The translations under genes were made by a program, and so were the position numbers. A stretch of DNA of 25,244 bases from Patescibacteria group bacterium (GTDB taxonomy: Bacteria > Patescibacteriota > Patescibacteriia > UBA9570 > XYC2-FULL-38-9): assembly GCA_035290285.1 (NCBI GenBank), contig DATDUS010000015.1:1-25244 (forward strand), written 5' to 3'. The notes beneath the pieces were generated by a model that saw only the letters and a program-made list of their open reading frames with translations, ran no database searches and was not told the origin of the DNA. This document shows, piece by piece, positions 1 to 9,342 of this stretch. The number at the start of each line of letters is the position of its first letter. The first letter of the stretch is position 1.

Positions 1-62
1 CCTGCCAGCGACAAAAAAAGACAGATCGAGGACAGGCCCGAAAAAACGCGCTGAATCTTCAT
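1..62 (-). CDS. 5' end of an exported protein or possible lipoprotein, running off the window edge
   Basis: Minus strand reads AAAGGAATCACA-ATG (SD-like), then MKIQRVFSGLSSICLFLSLAG. This is a basic N-terminus plus hydrophobic stretch ending in LAG, which would be a lipobox if the next residue is Cys. Too short for the ORF track. Confidence 0.55.
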   Translation of the reverse strand, partial: MKIQRVFSGLSSICLFLSLA

Positions 63-243
63 TGTGATTCCTTTCTTAGCAAGCGCGTTGAGAGAGTTTT
101 AAACCCATGCTGGCAAAAGGTGCACGCGCCAGCAAACTCACCCCCAGAAAAGTTTTTGCTCTTTCAATCGAGATCATTCTCAACGAAAAGAGTGGGTATT
201 CTGCATCCTGAAGCATACAAAAAACAAAAAAGTATAGATGTGA

Positions 244-351
244 ACGGGTACTGGATTTCTGTTTTCTGTGAAGAAGCGCCATTCAATTGAATGCAATAGC
301 GCAAGCGTGCATGAAATTGAATGGATGCCACCATAGACAAGCAGAACCCGC
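244..351. repeat. Long imperfect intergenic hairpin, element A of a dispersed family
   Basis: Termini ACGGGT...ACCCGC. Inner stem ccattcaattgaatgca (279-295) / tgcatgaaattgaatgg (308-324) with loop atagcgcaagcg. Outer pairs ttctg/cagaa and tctgtg/cataga. Confidence 0.7.
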
Positions 352-455
352 GAACATAATACGTATGCTGCAAAATGCAGAACACCCCAAAAAAAAACTT
401 CTCTTTTTTAAAGAGGGAATAGAATTATTGTGATTCCTTCAATTGTCAATGTTCC

Positions 456-482
456 ATACCTAAAAATAACGTTTTTAGGTAT
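456..482. other. Perfect 11-bp inverted repeat (operator or hairpin)
   Basis: atacctaaaaa-taacg-tttttaggtat in the AT-rich divergent intergenic region. Confidence 0.5.
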
Positions 483-663
483 AAAAAAACCTGATAATAG
501 ATATCATTTTTTAAAATGAAGGTATCAGATTGAGCAAAACTCTACTACAAATAAATTGTTATTGTCAAGAATCTTATACACATATAGTATTAAAAATATA
601 AGATCTACTATGTGTACATATAAAAAAAGAGCGCAGGCAACATAAAATTTTAGCTAATATTAG

Positions 664-2793
<2,130 letters not shown>

Positions 2794-2808
2794 GATATAA
2801 TTGAACAT

Positions 2809-3360
2809 GTGAATACGTTGCTGCTTATTACAAAATTGTTTTATTTTTTCTTACCTGCAGGTATTGCGAATATGGCGCCAGTTTTGGTGAAAAATCAATT
2901 TGTGTGGCTTGCGCGGCCAGTAGATTCGGGGCGCACATTGTGGGGCAAGCCGCTATTTGGCGATCATAAAACATGGCGAGGATTGATTTTTGCCACACTC
3001 TTTGGAGGTATTTTTTTCTTGATTCAGTATGCGGCTGCTTGGCAGTTTCCTGCGGCGTTTTCGTGGTTGGTGTTTGATATTACTATTCTTCCCTGGTGGT
3101 TTGGATTTCTGTTTTCATTTGGAGCAATAATGGGGGATTTGATAAAATCTTTTTTTAAACGGCGATTTCGTGTTTCGCCTGGAAGAAGTTGGTTTCCCTT
3201 TGATCAAATTGATTTTTTATTGGGTGCAGCGATTATTGCTATTTTGTTTTTCAACTTTACACCAGTTATTTGGTTAGTTATTATAACACTAGGGCCGTTT
3301 ATGCATATTGCATTTAATTACATCGGGTACTGGTTGAAATTAAAAGATTCTGCATGGTAG
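2809..3360 (+). CDS. carS: CDP-archaeol synthase-like (CarS/DUF46) CTP-transferase membrane protein
   Basis: ANMAPV, PVDSGR..GKPLFGDHKTWRG, GDLIKSFFKRR and PFDQIDF motifs typical of CarS; multiple hydrophobic helices; GTG start. Confidence 0.82.
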   Translation: MNTLLLITKLFYFFLPAGIANMAPVLVKNQFVWLARPVDSGRTLWGKPLFGDHKTWRGLIFATLFGGIFFLIQYAAAWQFPAAFSWLVFDITILPWWFGFLFSFGAIMGDLIKSFFKRRFRVSPGRSWFPFDQIDFLLGAAIIAILFFNFTPVIWLVIITLGPFMHIAFNYIGYWLKLKDSAW

Positions 3361-3369
3361 AGGTGTGTA

Positions 3370-3397
3370 TTGACAATGATTTTTGCTGATGTATACT
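3370..3397 (+). promoter_or_regulatory. sigma70-type promoter of secE-nusG-rplK-rplA
   Basis: TTGACA (3370-3375), 16 bp spacer, TATACT (3392-3397). Confidence 0.75.
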
Positions 3398-3442
3398 TAT
3401 TTCAAAGCCCGGGAAAGGGTTTTTTAAGTAGCATTCATTTAT

Positions 3443-3649
3443 ATGGAAGAAAAACAACAATTAGAACAGGGAAATCCTGTTATTGGCTATTTTAAAGGAG
3501 CCATACAAGAAATGAAAAAGGTGACATGGCCTTCCAAAGAAGAAACATGGCGAAAATCTTTAACCGTTATTTGGTTTAGTATAGGATTTGCCATTTTCTT
3601 AGGTGCGCTTGATTTTATTATGAATAAAGTGTTAGAAATTTTATTATAA
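3443..3649 (+). CDS. secE: Preprotein translocase subunit SecE
   Basis: EMKKVTWPSKEE motif, single C-terminal TM helix, directly upstream of nusG. Confidence 0.95.
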   Translation: MEEKQQLEQGNPVIGYFKGAIQEMKKVTWPSKEETWRKSLTVIWFSIGFAIFLGALDFIMNKVLEILL

Positions 3650-3652
3650 CGT

Positions 3653-4198
3653 ATGCCAAAACAAACTGCTCAACATGGACGTCGCTGGTATGTGATTCAT
3701 ACCTACTCAGGATATGAGGAAAACGTGGCGCATAACCTGCGTCAACGTATTGAATCACTCGGCATGGAGGACAAAATTTTTGATGTGATTGTTCCGAAAG
3801 AGAAAAAAATAAAAATTAGAAATGGAAAGCGTAAAGTAGTAGAGGAGAAAATTTTTCCAGGATATGTATTAGTAAACATGGTGGTGACCGATGATTCTTG
3901 GTATGTGGTGCGTAATACACCAAATGTGACCGGATTTATTGGTACTGGCACAAATCCAACTCCTATTGATGAAAAAGAGATGAAATCTTTAGAACGCCGC
4001 ATGGGTATTGAAGAACCTTCCTATGCTATTGATGTACAGATTGGTGAAACTGTACGGATTGTGGATGGACCATTTAAAGAATTGGAAGGAAAAGTTTCAG
4101 AAGTGGATACGAATCGTGGAAAGGTGAAAGTGATGGTAGCGATGTTTGGTCGTGAAACACCGGTAGAACTCGACTCATTACAGGTGAAGAAAATCTAA
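3653..4198 (+). CDS. nusG: Transcription termination/antitermination factor NusG
   Basis: [28 protein letters not shown], and KOW motif [13 protein letters not shown]. Confidence 0.97.
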   Translation: MPKQTAQHGRRWYVIHTYSGYEENVAHNLRQRIESLGMEDKIFDVIVPKEKKIKIRNGKRKVVEEKIFPGYVLVNMVVTDDSWYVVRNTPNVTGFIGTGTNPTPIDEKEMKSLERRMGIEEPSYAIDVQIGETVRIVDGPFKELEGKVSEVDTNRGKVKVMVAMFGRETPVELDSLQVKKI

Positions 4199-4239
4199 TT
4201 TCCAGGCTTCTATGGAAGTTATTAACAAAATATAATTAT

Positions 4240-4662
4240 ATGCCAGAATTAAAGACACAAATTAAACTACAAATCCCTGCAGGAGCAGCAACACCTGCTC
4301 CGCCAGTTGGGCCAGCACTGGGTCAACATGGGTTAAATATTCAAGATTTTTGTACGCAGTATAATGCAAAAACAAAAGACAAACGTGGCGATATTTTGCC
4401 AGTTGTTATTAATGTATATGATGACCGTACGTTTGATTTTGTTATCAAAACTCCTCCAGCAGCAGAGTTGTTAAAAAAAGCAGCCAATATTAAAAAAGGT
4501 TCAGGAAATCCGTTGAAGGACAAGGTAGGCACAGTAACAAAAGCTCAAATTCGAGAAATTGCAGAAACAAAAATGCCGGATTTGAACGCCAATGATGTGG
4601 AAGCAGCAATGAAAATTATCGAAGGTACTGCTCGCCAGATGGGTCTCGAAGTAAAAGATTGA
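4240..4662 (+). CDS. rplK: 50S ribosomal protein L11
   Basis: [30 protein letters not shown] and [13 protein letters not shown] motifs. Confidence 0.98.
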   Translation: MPELKTQIKLQIPAGAATPAPPVGPALGQHGLNIQDFCTQYNAKTKDKRGDILPVVINVYDDRTFDFVIKTPPAAELLKKAANIKKGSGNPLKDKVGTVTKAQIREIAETKMPDLNANDVEAAMKIIEGTARQMGLEVKD

Positions 4663-4674
4663 AAAATTTTATTC

Positions 4675-4766
4675 ACCGTGGGTCTATCGCCTGCGGTCAA
4701 AACGCCATTCAATGCACGCTTACGCTATTGCATTGAATGGGTTTTCCCGCAGGCTCTGCCCGCGGT
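4675..4766. repeat. Long imperfect intergenic hairpin, element B
   Basis: Nested stems accgtggg/cccgcggt, gcctgcgg/ccgcaggc, aaaac/gtttt and a perfect 12-bp stem ccattcaatgca/tgcattgaatgg. Loop cgcttacgctat is the reverse complement of the element A loop at 11/12 positions. Confidence 0.75.
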
Positions 4767-4796
4767 ATAGAAAGTGAGACTAAATTATTAACAATA

Positions 4797-4830
4797 GTGG
4801 GAGAGTCGAAAAAGGGCTCGTTTGCACCAC
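4797..4830 (+). promoter_or_regulatory. Putative L1 (rplA) autoregulatory mRNA leader
   Basis: GTGGGAG-agtcgaaaaagggctcgtttgc-ACCAC, 9 nt before the rplA ATG. Resembles the GUGGGAG...ACCAC L1-binding mimic of 23S rRNA. Confidence 0.65.
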
Positions 4831-4839
4831 CAAAAAATT

Positions 4840-5523
4840 ATGAAAAGATCAAAACGATATACTGCTTCTGTGAAGCAAGTGGAACCAGGTCATGTATATT
4901 CTTTGGAAGAGTCGATCAAGATTTTGAAACAAAATCCAGTAAAATTTGATGCTGGTGTAGAAATTCATATCAAACTCGGCATTGATCCAAAAAAATCTGA
5001 ACAGGTAGTGCGTGGAACAGTGGTATTGCCACATGGAACAGGCAAAACAAAACGCGTTGCAGCGTTTGTGAGCCCTGCAAAAGAAGCAGAAGCACGTGAA
5101 GCAGGTGCAGATGTGATTGGCACCGAAGAAGTTATCGCAGAAATTAAAAAAACAGGAAAATGTAATTTTGATATTGCGGTTGCAACACCGGATATGATGA
5201 AAAAAATTGGTCAAATTGCAAAAATTTTAGGCCAACAGGGTTTAATGCCAAACCCACGTACGGAAACAGTAGGACCAGATGTCAAAAAAATGGTCACTGA
5301 ACTCAAAAAAGGAAAAGTAGCGTTTCGCAGTGACGACAGTGGAAATGTACACTTGCTTATTGGCCGTGTATCGTATGAAGCAAAACAGATTATTGAAAAT
5401 ATTCAAGCATTTACTGAATCTCTTCGAAAAGCAAAACCAGCAGAAGCAAAAGGAATCTTTATTGGTGCGGTGACCGTTTCTTCCAGCATGGGTCCCGGTG
5501 TTCGTATTTCTATCGGATCATAA
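4840..5523 (+). CDS. rplA: 50S ribosomal protein L1
   Basis: KFDAGVE, VRGTVVLPHGTGK, LGQQGLMPNP and SSSMGPG motifs. ATG 4840 preferred over TTG 4822, which lies inside the leader. Confidence 0.97.
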   Translation: MKRSKRYTASVKQVEPGHVYSLEESIKILKQNPVKFDAGVEIHIKLGIDPKKSEQVVRGTVVLPHGTGKTKRVAAFVSPAKEAEAREAGADVIGTEEVIAEIKKTGKCNFDIAVATPDMMKKIGQIAKILGQQGLMPNPRTETVGPDVKKMVTELKKGKVAFRSDDSGNVHLLIGRVSYEAKQIIENIQAFTESLRKAKPAEAKGIFIGAVTVSSSMGPGVRISIGS

Positions 5524-5534
5524 AAAACATAGTT

Positions 5535-5559
5535 GGGCGGGTGATGACCTGCCCTTTTT
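5535..5559 (+). terminator. Intrinsic terminator after rplA
   Basis: gggcgggt-gatg-acctgccc followed by TTTTT. Confidence 0.8.
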
Positions 5560-5574
5560 GTTTCACAAATAATT

Positions 5575-6117
5575 ATGTCTACCTCGAAAATATCACCACA
5601 ACGTTTTCGCCCTTCATGGGATGATTATTTTATGGCCATTGCACGTATTGTCGCAACGCGCGCTTCATGTGATCGGTTAGATGCTGGTGCGGTATTAGTA
5701 AAAAATAAGCGTATTGTATCAACCGGGTATAACGGCGCTCCTCAAGGTCTGCCACATTGCGATGATGCCGGACACTTATTGGAAGATGGTCATTGTGTGC
5801 GTACCATTCATGGCGAGCATAATGCGATTTTACAAGCGGCAGTGATTGGTGGCGCTTCAACCGAAGGAACTACGCTCTATACACTCTATAGCCCGTGTAT
5901 TCATTGCGCAAAATATGTAGTTGCAGCCGGTGTTACGCGCATTGTTATTTGGAAATTGTATCGAAATGCTGTAGTAGTGGATTATTTAAAAGAAGCCGGG
6001 CTGGAGGTGGTGTTATACAAACCAGCAGCAGGATGGAATGAATATTTGGCGCAAGTTTTTGCTGATGATGTTGCTGATCGGTATGAAAAAAAAGTCGAAT
6101 TGAGTATTGATAAATAA
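5575..6117 (+). CDS. dCMP deaminase (ComEB/deoxycytidylate deaminase family)
   Basis: RPSWDDYFM, STGYNGAP, HGEHNAI and PCIHC zinc-deaminase motifs. Confidence 0.92.
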   Translation: MSTSKISPQRFRPSWDDYFMAIARIVATRASCDRLDAGAVLVKNKRIVSTGYNGAPQGLPHCDDAGHLLEDGHCVRTIHGEHNAILQAAVIGGASTEGTTLYTLYSPCIHCAKYVVAAGVTRIVIWKLYRNAVVVDYLKEAGLEVVLYKPAAGWNEYLAQVFADDVADRYEKKVELSIDK

Positions 6118-6120
6118 CGT

Positions 6121-6663
6121 ATGATTATTGGATTGGTCGGTCCCAAATTATCCGGTAAAGGAACTGTCGCAACATATATAGAAGAACAAAAAGGAGCGCG
6201 AGTGTATTCTATGTCTGGGGTTATTATTGATATTGTCAATCGCGTATATCTTCCAAAAACTCGCGCAAACATGATTTCGGTTGCAACAGCAATGCGCCAG
6301 GCATTTGGTGAAGATATTTTTGCACGAGTGCGTAAGCACGATATTGAGAAAGCTCATGATTCGTTAGCCATTATTGATGGTATTCGTATGCCAAAGGAAG
6401 TAGATATTTTTGCAGCACTTCCAAATTTTTATTTATTGTTTATTGATTCTCCGTTAGACATGCGCTATAAGCGAGCATTAGAACGCGGTGAAAAAGAAGG
6501 GGAAAAGGATATGACATTTGAGCAGTTCAAAGCAGAAGAAAATGCAGTCACCGAACAAAACATTGAAGCATTGCGAAAAAAATCTGAATTTGTGATTATG
6601 AACAACTCTTCAAAAGAGCATCTTTTTTCTGAGATCGACCGCATCTTTGATGTTTTATCATAA
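6121..6663 (+). CDS. P-loop kinase, nucleoside-monophosphate/dephospho-CoA kinase-like (AAA_17/18 type)
   Basis: N-terminal IIGLVGPKLSGKGT Walker A, IIDGIR, R..ERG lid and IMNNSS motifs; substrate not assignable. Confidence 0.75.
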   Translation: MIIGLVGPKLSGKGTVATYIEEQKGARVYSMSGVIIDIVNRVYLPKTRANMISVATAMRQAFGEDIFARVRKHDIEKAHDSLAIIDGIRMPKEVDIFAALPNFYLLFIDSPLDMRYKRALERGEKEGEKDMTFEQFKAEENAVTEQNIEALRKKSEFVIMNNSSKEHLFSEIDRIFDVLS

Positions 6664-6739
6664 GCGGGTGACGCCGTAGCAGGGCTCCCATCGCGCGCAG
6701 TGTCGAGCACGATGGGATGCGGAGGGCGGCAGGACCCGC
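6664..6739. repeat. GC-rich intergenic hairpin, element C
   Basis: Termini GCGGGT...ACCCGC, inner stem tcccatcg/cgatggga; starts immediately after the kinase stop codon. Confidence 0.65.
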
Positions 6740-6767
6740 TGCAAAGAAATAAGAAGAAGCATCAATT

Positions 6768-6796
6768 TTGGTTTTTAAGGTATTTTTTGGTATACT
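6768..6796 (+). promoter_or_regulatory. Promoter of the thyA-fusion/tmk/dut unit
   Basis: TTGGTT, 17 bp spacer, TATACT with extended -10 TG; ATG is 9 nt downstream. Confidence 0.6.
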
Positions 6797-6805
6797 AAGG
6801 GCAAT

Positions 6806-8251
6806 ATGAAAGTGAAAAAATGGCCTATTTATTTTGCAGATACACTTACTCTTGGAAGCGAACAATCGAGTGTTGGTGTTGCCACACTCTGGACGCCAAG
6901 AACTCTTTTAGAAAAAAAGCTGAATAAAGACACCTATCGGGTGATGGGGCAGCTTTATTCGAATACTGGTATTAACCCATTGTTACGGAACGTCTTAGCA
7001 AACCCGACGATTCGTACCATTGTGCTCTGCGGTCAAGATCGTATTGGTTCTGCTGATGCATTAGCAAAACTCATAGAGAATGGCGTAGATGATGAAGGGA
7101 AAGTGATTGGAAAACCAGAAGCATATGTGGAAAAGGAAATTTCATCAGAATCCATTGAATTATTTCGAAAAAATGTAGAGCTTATTGATAAACGCGGCGT
7201 CATGCGTGCAGACGAAATTCAACCTATTTTAGATTCTTGCACACAAGACATTACCCCATGGGCAGAACCACAACTGTTTCCAGAACCAGAAATCTCAACA
7301 GAATGGTTTCCATCAGAAGAATCAACATATATGTATCGGGGCAAATTAGTTGCCGATGTGTGGCCAAAAGTATTGCATGGTATTTTACGTTTTGGTGAAG
7401 TGAAACGTTCAAATCACAACAATGCGACACAACAAGAATTGTTGAATGTGGTGACCGTGATAACTGATGAAGACCCAGACAATATTGTATATGCACCGTA
7501 TTTTCAATTTACAAAAGAGCATTACGATACCTATAAACAACAAGTACTCACTGCTGATCCAGTTCCATCTGTTACCTATACGTATGGTATGCGTTTGCGC
7601 AACCATAACGGAGTGAATCAAATTCACACTATGATTGAAAAGTTGAAAAAAGCGCCATGGTCACGCCAGGCTGTTGCTGTGACGTGGAATGTACAAGTAG
7701 ATAACGAAGCGGCTAACCCCCCATGCCTTGATTTAATACAAGCAGAAGTGAAATATAATAAGTTATACCTTACAGTATATTTTCGTTCAAACGACATGTT
7801 CCGTGCGTGGCCTGAAAATGCGTTGGCATTACGCGCCACACAAAAAGAAATTGCAACTGCGGTTGGGGTTGCCATTGGGTCGTTGACCATTGTTTCAAGC
7901 TCGGCCCATATTTATGAAGAAAATTATGTCAAAGCAAAAGAAATTGTGGAAAAACAGTATCCAAAATTACCGTGCGAGCAAGATCCTCGTGGCAATTATG
8001 TTGTGAAAGTTGTTCCCGGAAAAGAAATTCAAGTAACGCATCTCAGTCCTGAAGGTCGAAAAATTGATATGATTTCTGGAAAAACGGCAATGGGCATTTT
8101 TAATCATATTGCCAGTAATGAAGGTGTTTCAGTTTTCGTGCATGCAATGGATTTGGGAGCTGAATTACAAAAAGCAGAGATTGCGCTTAAATTAGGTATT
8201 GAATATATTCAAGACAGACCATTACCATTAAAAAAAGCGCACCATGAATAA
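6806..8251 (+). CDS. thyA: Tri-domain protein: MtrA-like domain, archaeal-type thymidylate synthase, DUF4346-like domain
   Basis: aa ~4-145 are MtrA-like (WP..., VGVATLW, NVLANPTIRTIVLCG, LIENG, IELFRKNVELID). aa ~170-385 are ThyA (YTYGMRL, NPPCL catalytic Cys, FRSNDMFRAWPEN, SAHIYE). aa ~390-476 are DUF4346-like (DPRGNY, GKTA, HAMDLGAELQKAEIAL, YIQD). Confidence 0.82.
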   Translation: MKVKKWPIYFADTLTLGSEQSSVGVATLWTPRTLLEKKLNKDTYRVMGQLYSNTGINPLLRNVLANPTIRTIVLCGQDRIGSADALAKLIENGVDDEGKVIGKPEAYVEKEISSESIELFRKNVELIDKRGVMRADEIQPILDSCTQDITPWAEPQLFPEPEISTEWFPSEESTYMYRGKLVADVWPKVLHGILRFGEVKRSNHNNATQQELLNVVTVITDEDPDNIVYAPYFQFTKEHYDTYKQQVLTADPVPSVTYTYGMRLRNHNGVNQIHTMIEKLKKAPWSRQAVAVTWNVQVDNEAANPPCLDLIQAEVKYNKLYLTVYFRSNDMFRAWPENALALRATQKEIATAVGVAIGSLTIVSSSAHIYEENYVKAKEIVEKQYPKLPCEQDPRGNYVVKVVPGKEIQVTHLSPEGRKIDMISGKTAMGIFNHIASNEGVSVFVHAMDLGAELQKAEIALKLGIEYIQDRPLPLKKAHHE

Positions 8252-8873
8252 AAAAAATTTTATTGTATTTGAAGGAGGTGAGGGAAGCGGAAAAACTACC
8301 GCCATGAACCAATGTGCAGAATATTTGCGTGCAAAAGGCATGACCGTGGTAACAACTCACGAACCAGGTGGTACAAAATTGGGTCAAAAAATTCGTGCAC
8401 TGTTGTTAGAAACATATTCTACTCCAATATTTTCTCAAACAGAATTATTGTTGTTTTTGGCGGATCGTGCGCAGCATGTTCAGGAGTTTATTCTTCCGCA
8501 TTTGCAACAAGGGGCAGTGGTGCTTTGTGATCGGTTTACTGGCTCTACACTGGCATATCAAATTGGTGCTCGTGGTCTTGCACCTGCGGAGCTCATTACA
8601 GCAATGGAACAGTATGCGCGGCAGAATCTTGAACCAGAGCTTGTCCTGTATTTAGATGTTGATCCGATGATTGGCATCGCTCGAAAGCAGATTCAAAAAG
8701 AAGTTATAATGAATCGATTAGACAAAGAAAAAATGGAATTTCATGCAAAAGTGCGGGCTTATTTTTTAGAGCTGTCAAAGACACAACCACATTGGGTTAC
8801 CATTGATTCTCATCGGCCAATGCCAGATGTACATCAAGAGGTATTAACTCACATAACTCATTTATTCAAATGA
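8244..8873 (+). CDS. tmk: Thymidylate kinase
   Basis: FIVFEGGEGSGKTT, THEPGGT, LFLADRAQH and LCDRF motifs; overlaps the upstream stop. Confidence 0.96.
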   Translation: MNKKNFIVFEGGEGSGKTTAMNQCAEYLRAKGMTVVTTHEPGGTKLGQKIRALLLETYSTPIFSQTELLLFLADRAQHVQEFILPHLQQGAVVLCDRFTGSTLAYQIGARGLAPAELITAMEQYARQNLEPELVLYLDVDPMIGIARKQIQKEVIMNRLDKEKMEFHAKVRAYFLELSKTQPHWVTIDSHRPMPDVHQEVLTHITHLFK

Positions 8874-9298
8874 AAATACTTATTCAGAAATTACACTCTG
8901 ATGCAAAAATTCCTGCATACGCACATGCCGATGATGCCGGTATGGATATATATACAGTTGTTGAGGTTACGTTACAACCAGGAGAACGCAAAGCAGTTGC
9001 AACCGGTATTGCGATGCAGATTCCGAATGGATGCGTTGGGCTTATTTGGGATAAAAGTGGACGAGCGTTGCATGATGGCATTCATACCCTTTCTGGTGTT
9101 GTAGACGCAGGTTACCGAGGAGAAATTAAAGTCATTGTATTAAATGTTTCTTCTCAGCCTGTTACCATTCTTGCCGGTGAAAAAATTGCCCAACTATTGA
9201 TTCAATCCGTACTTTCGCCTATAATTGAGGAAGTTCTTCAGCTCGACGAATCTTCCACTCGCGGGATAGAGGGCTTTGGCAGTACAGGATTAGTATAA
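8870..9298 (+). CDS. dut: dUTP diphosphatase (trimeric dUTPase)
   Basis: AGMDI, DKSG, GVVDAGYRGEI, KIAQLL and RGIEGFGSTG motifs; ATGA overlap with tmk. Confidence 0.96.
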   Translation: MKILIQKLHSDAKIPAYAHADDAGMDIYTVVEVTLQPGERKAVATGIAMQIPNGCVGLIWDKSGRALHDGIHTLSGVVDAGYRGEIKVIVLNVSSQPVTILAGEKIAQLLIQSVLSPIIEEVLQLDESSTRGIEGFGSTGLV

Positions 9299-9301
9299 TT
9301 C

Positions 9302-9331
9302 GTAGAAGACGCTCCGTCAGAGCGTCTATAC
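9302..9331 (+). repeat. GTAG-type REP-like palindrome
   Basis: GTAG-a-agacgctc-cgtca-gagcgtct-a-TAC just after the dut stop. Confidence 0.5.
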
Positions 9332-9342
9332 AAAATGGATAT

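Noticed and set aside
76-385. ORF-track ORFs 76..282 and 164..385 on the minus strand
   Set aside because: No recognisable motifs or start signals, they overlap each other, and both run through hairpin element A.
6806-7250. Methanogenesis or Mtr complex inferred from the MtrA-like domain
   Set aside because: No other mtr genes, the corrinoid-ligand His is absent, and the domain is fused to ThyA in a bacterial dTMP cluster.
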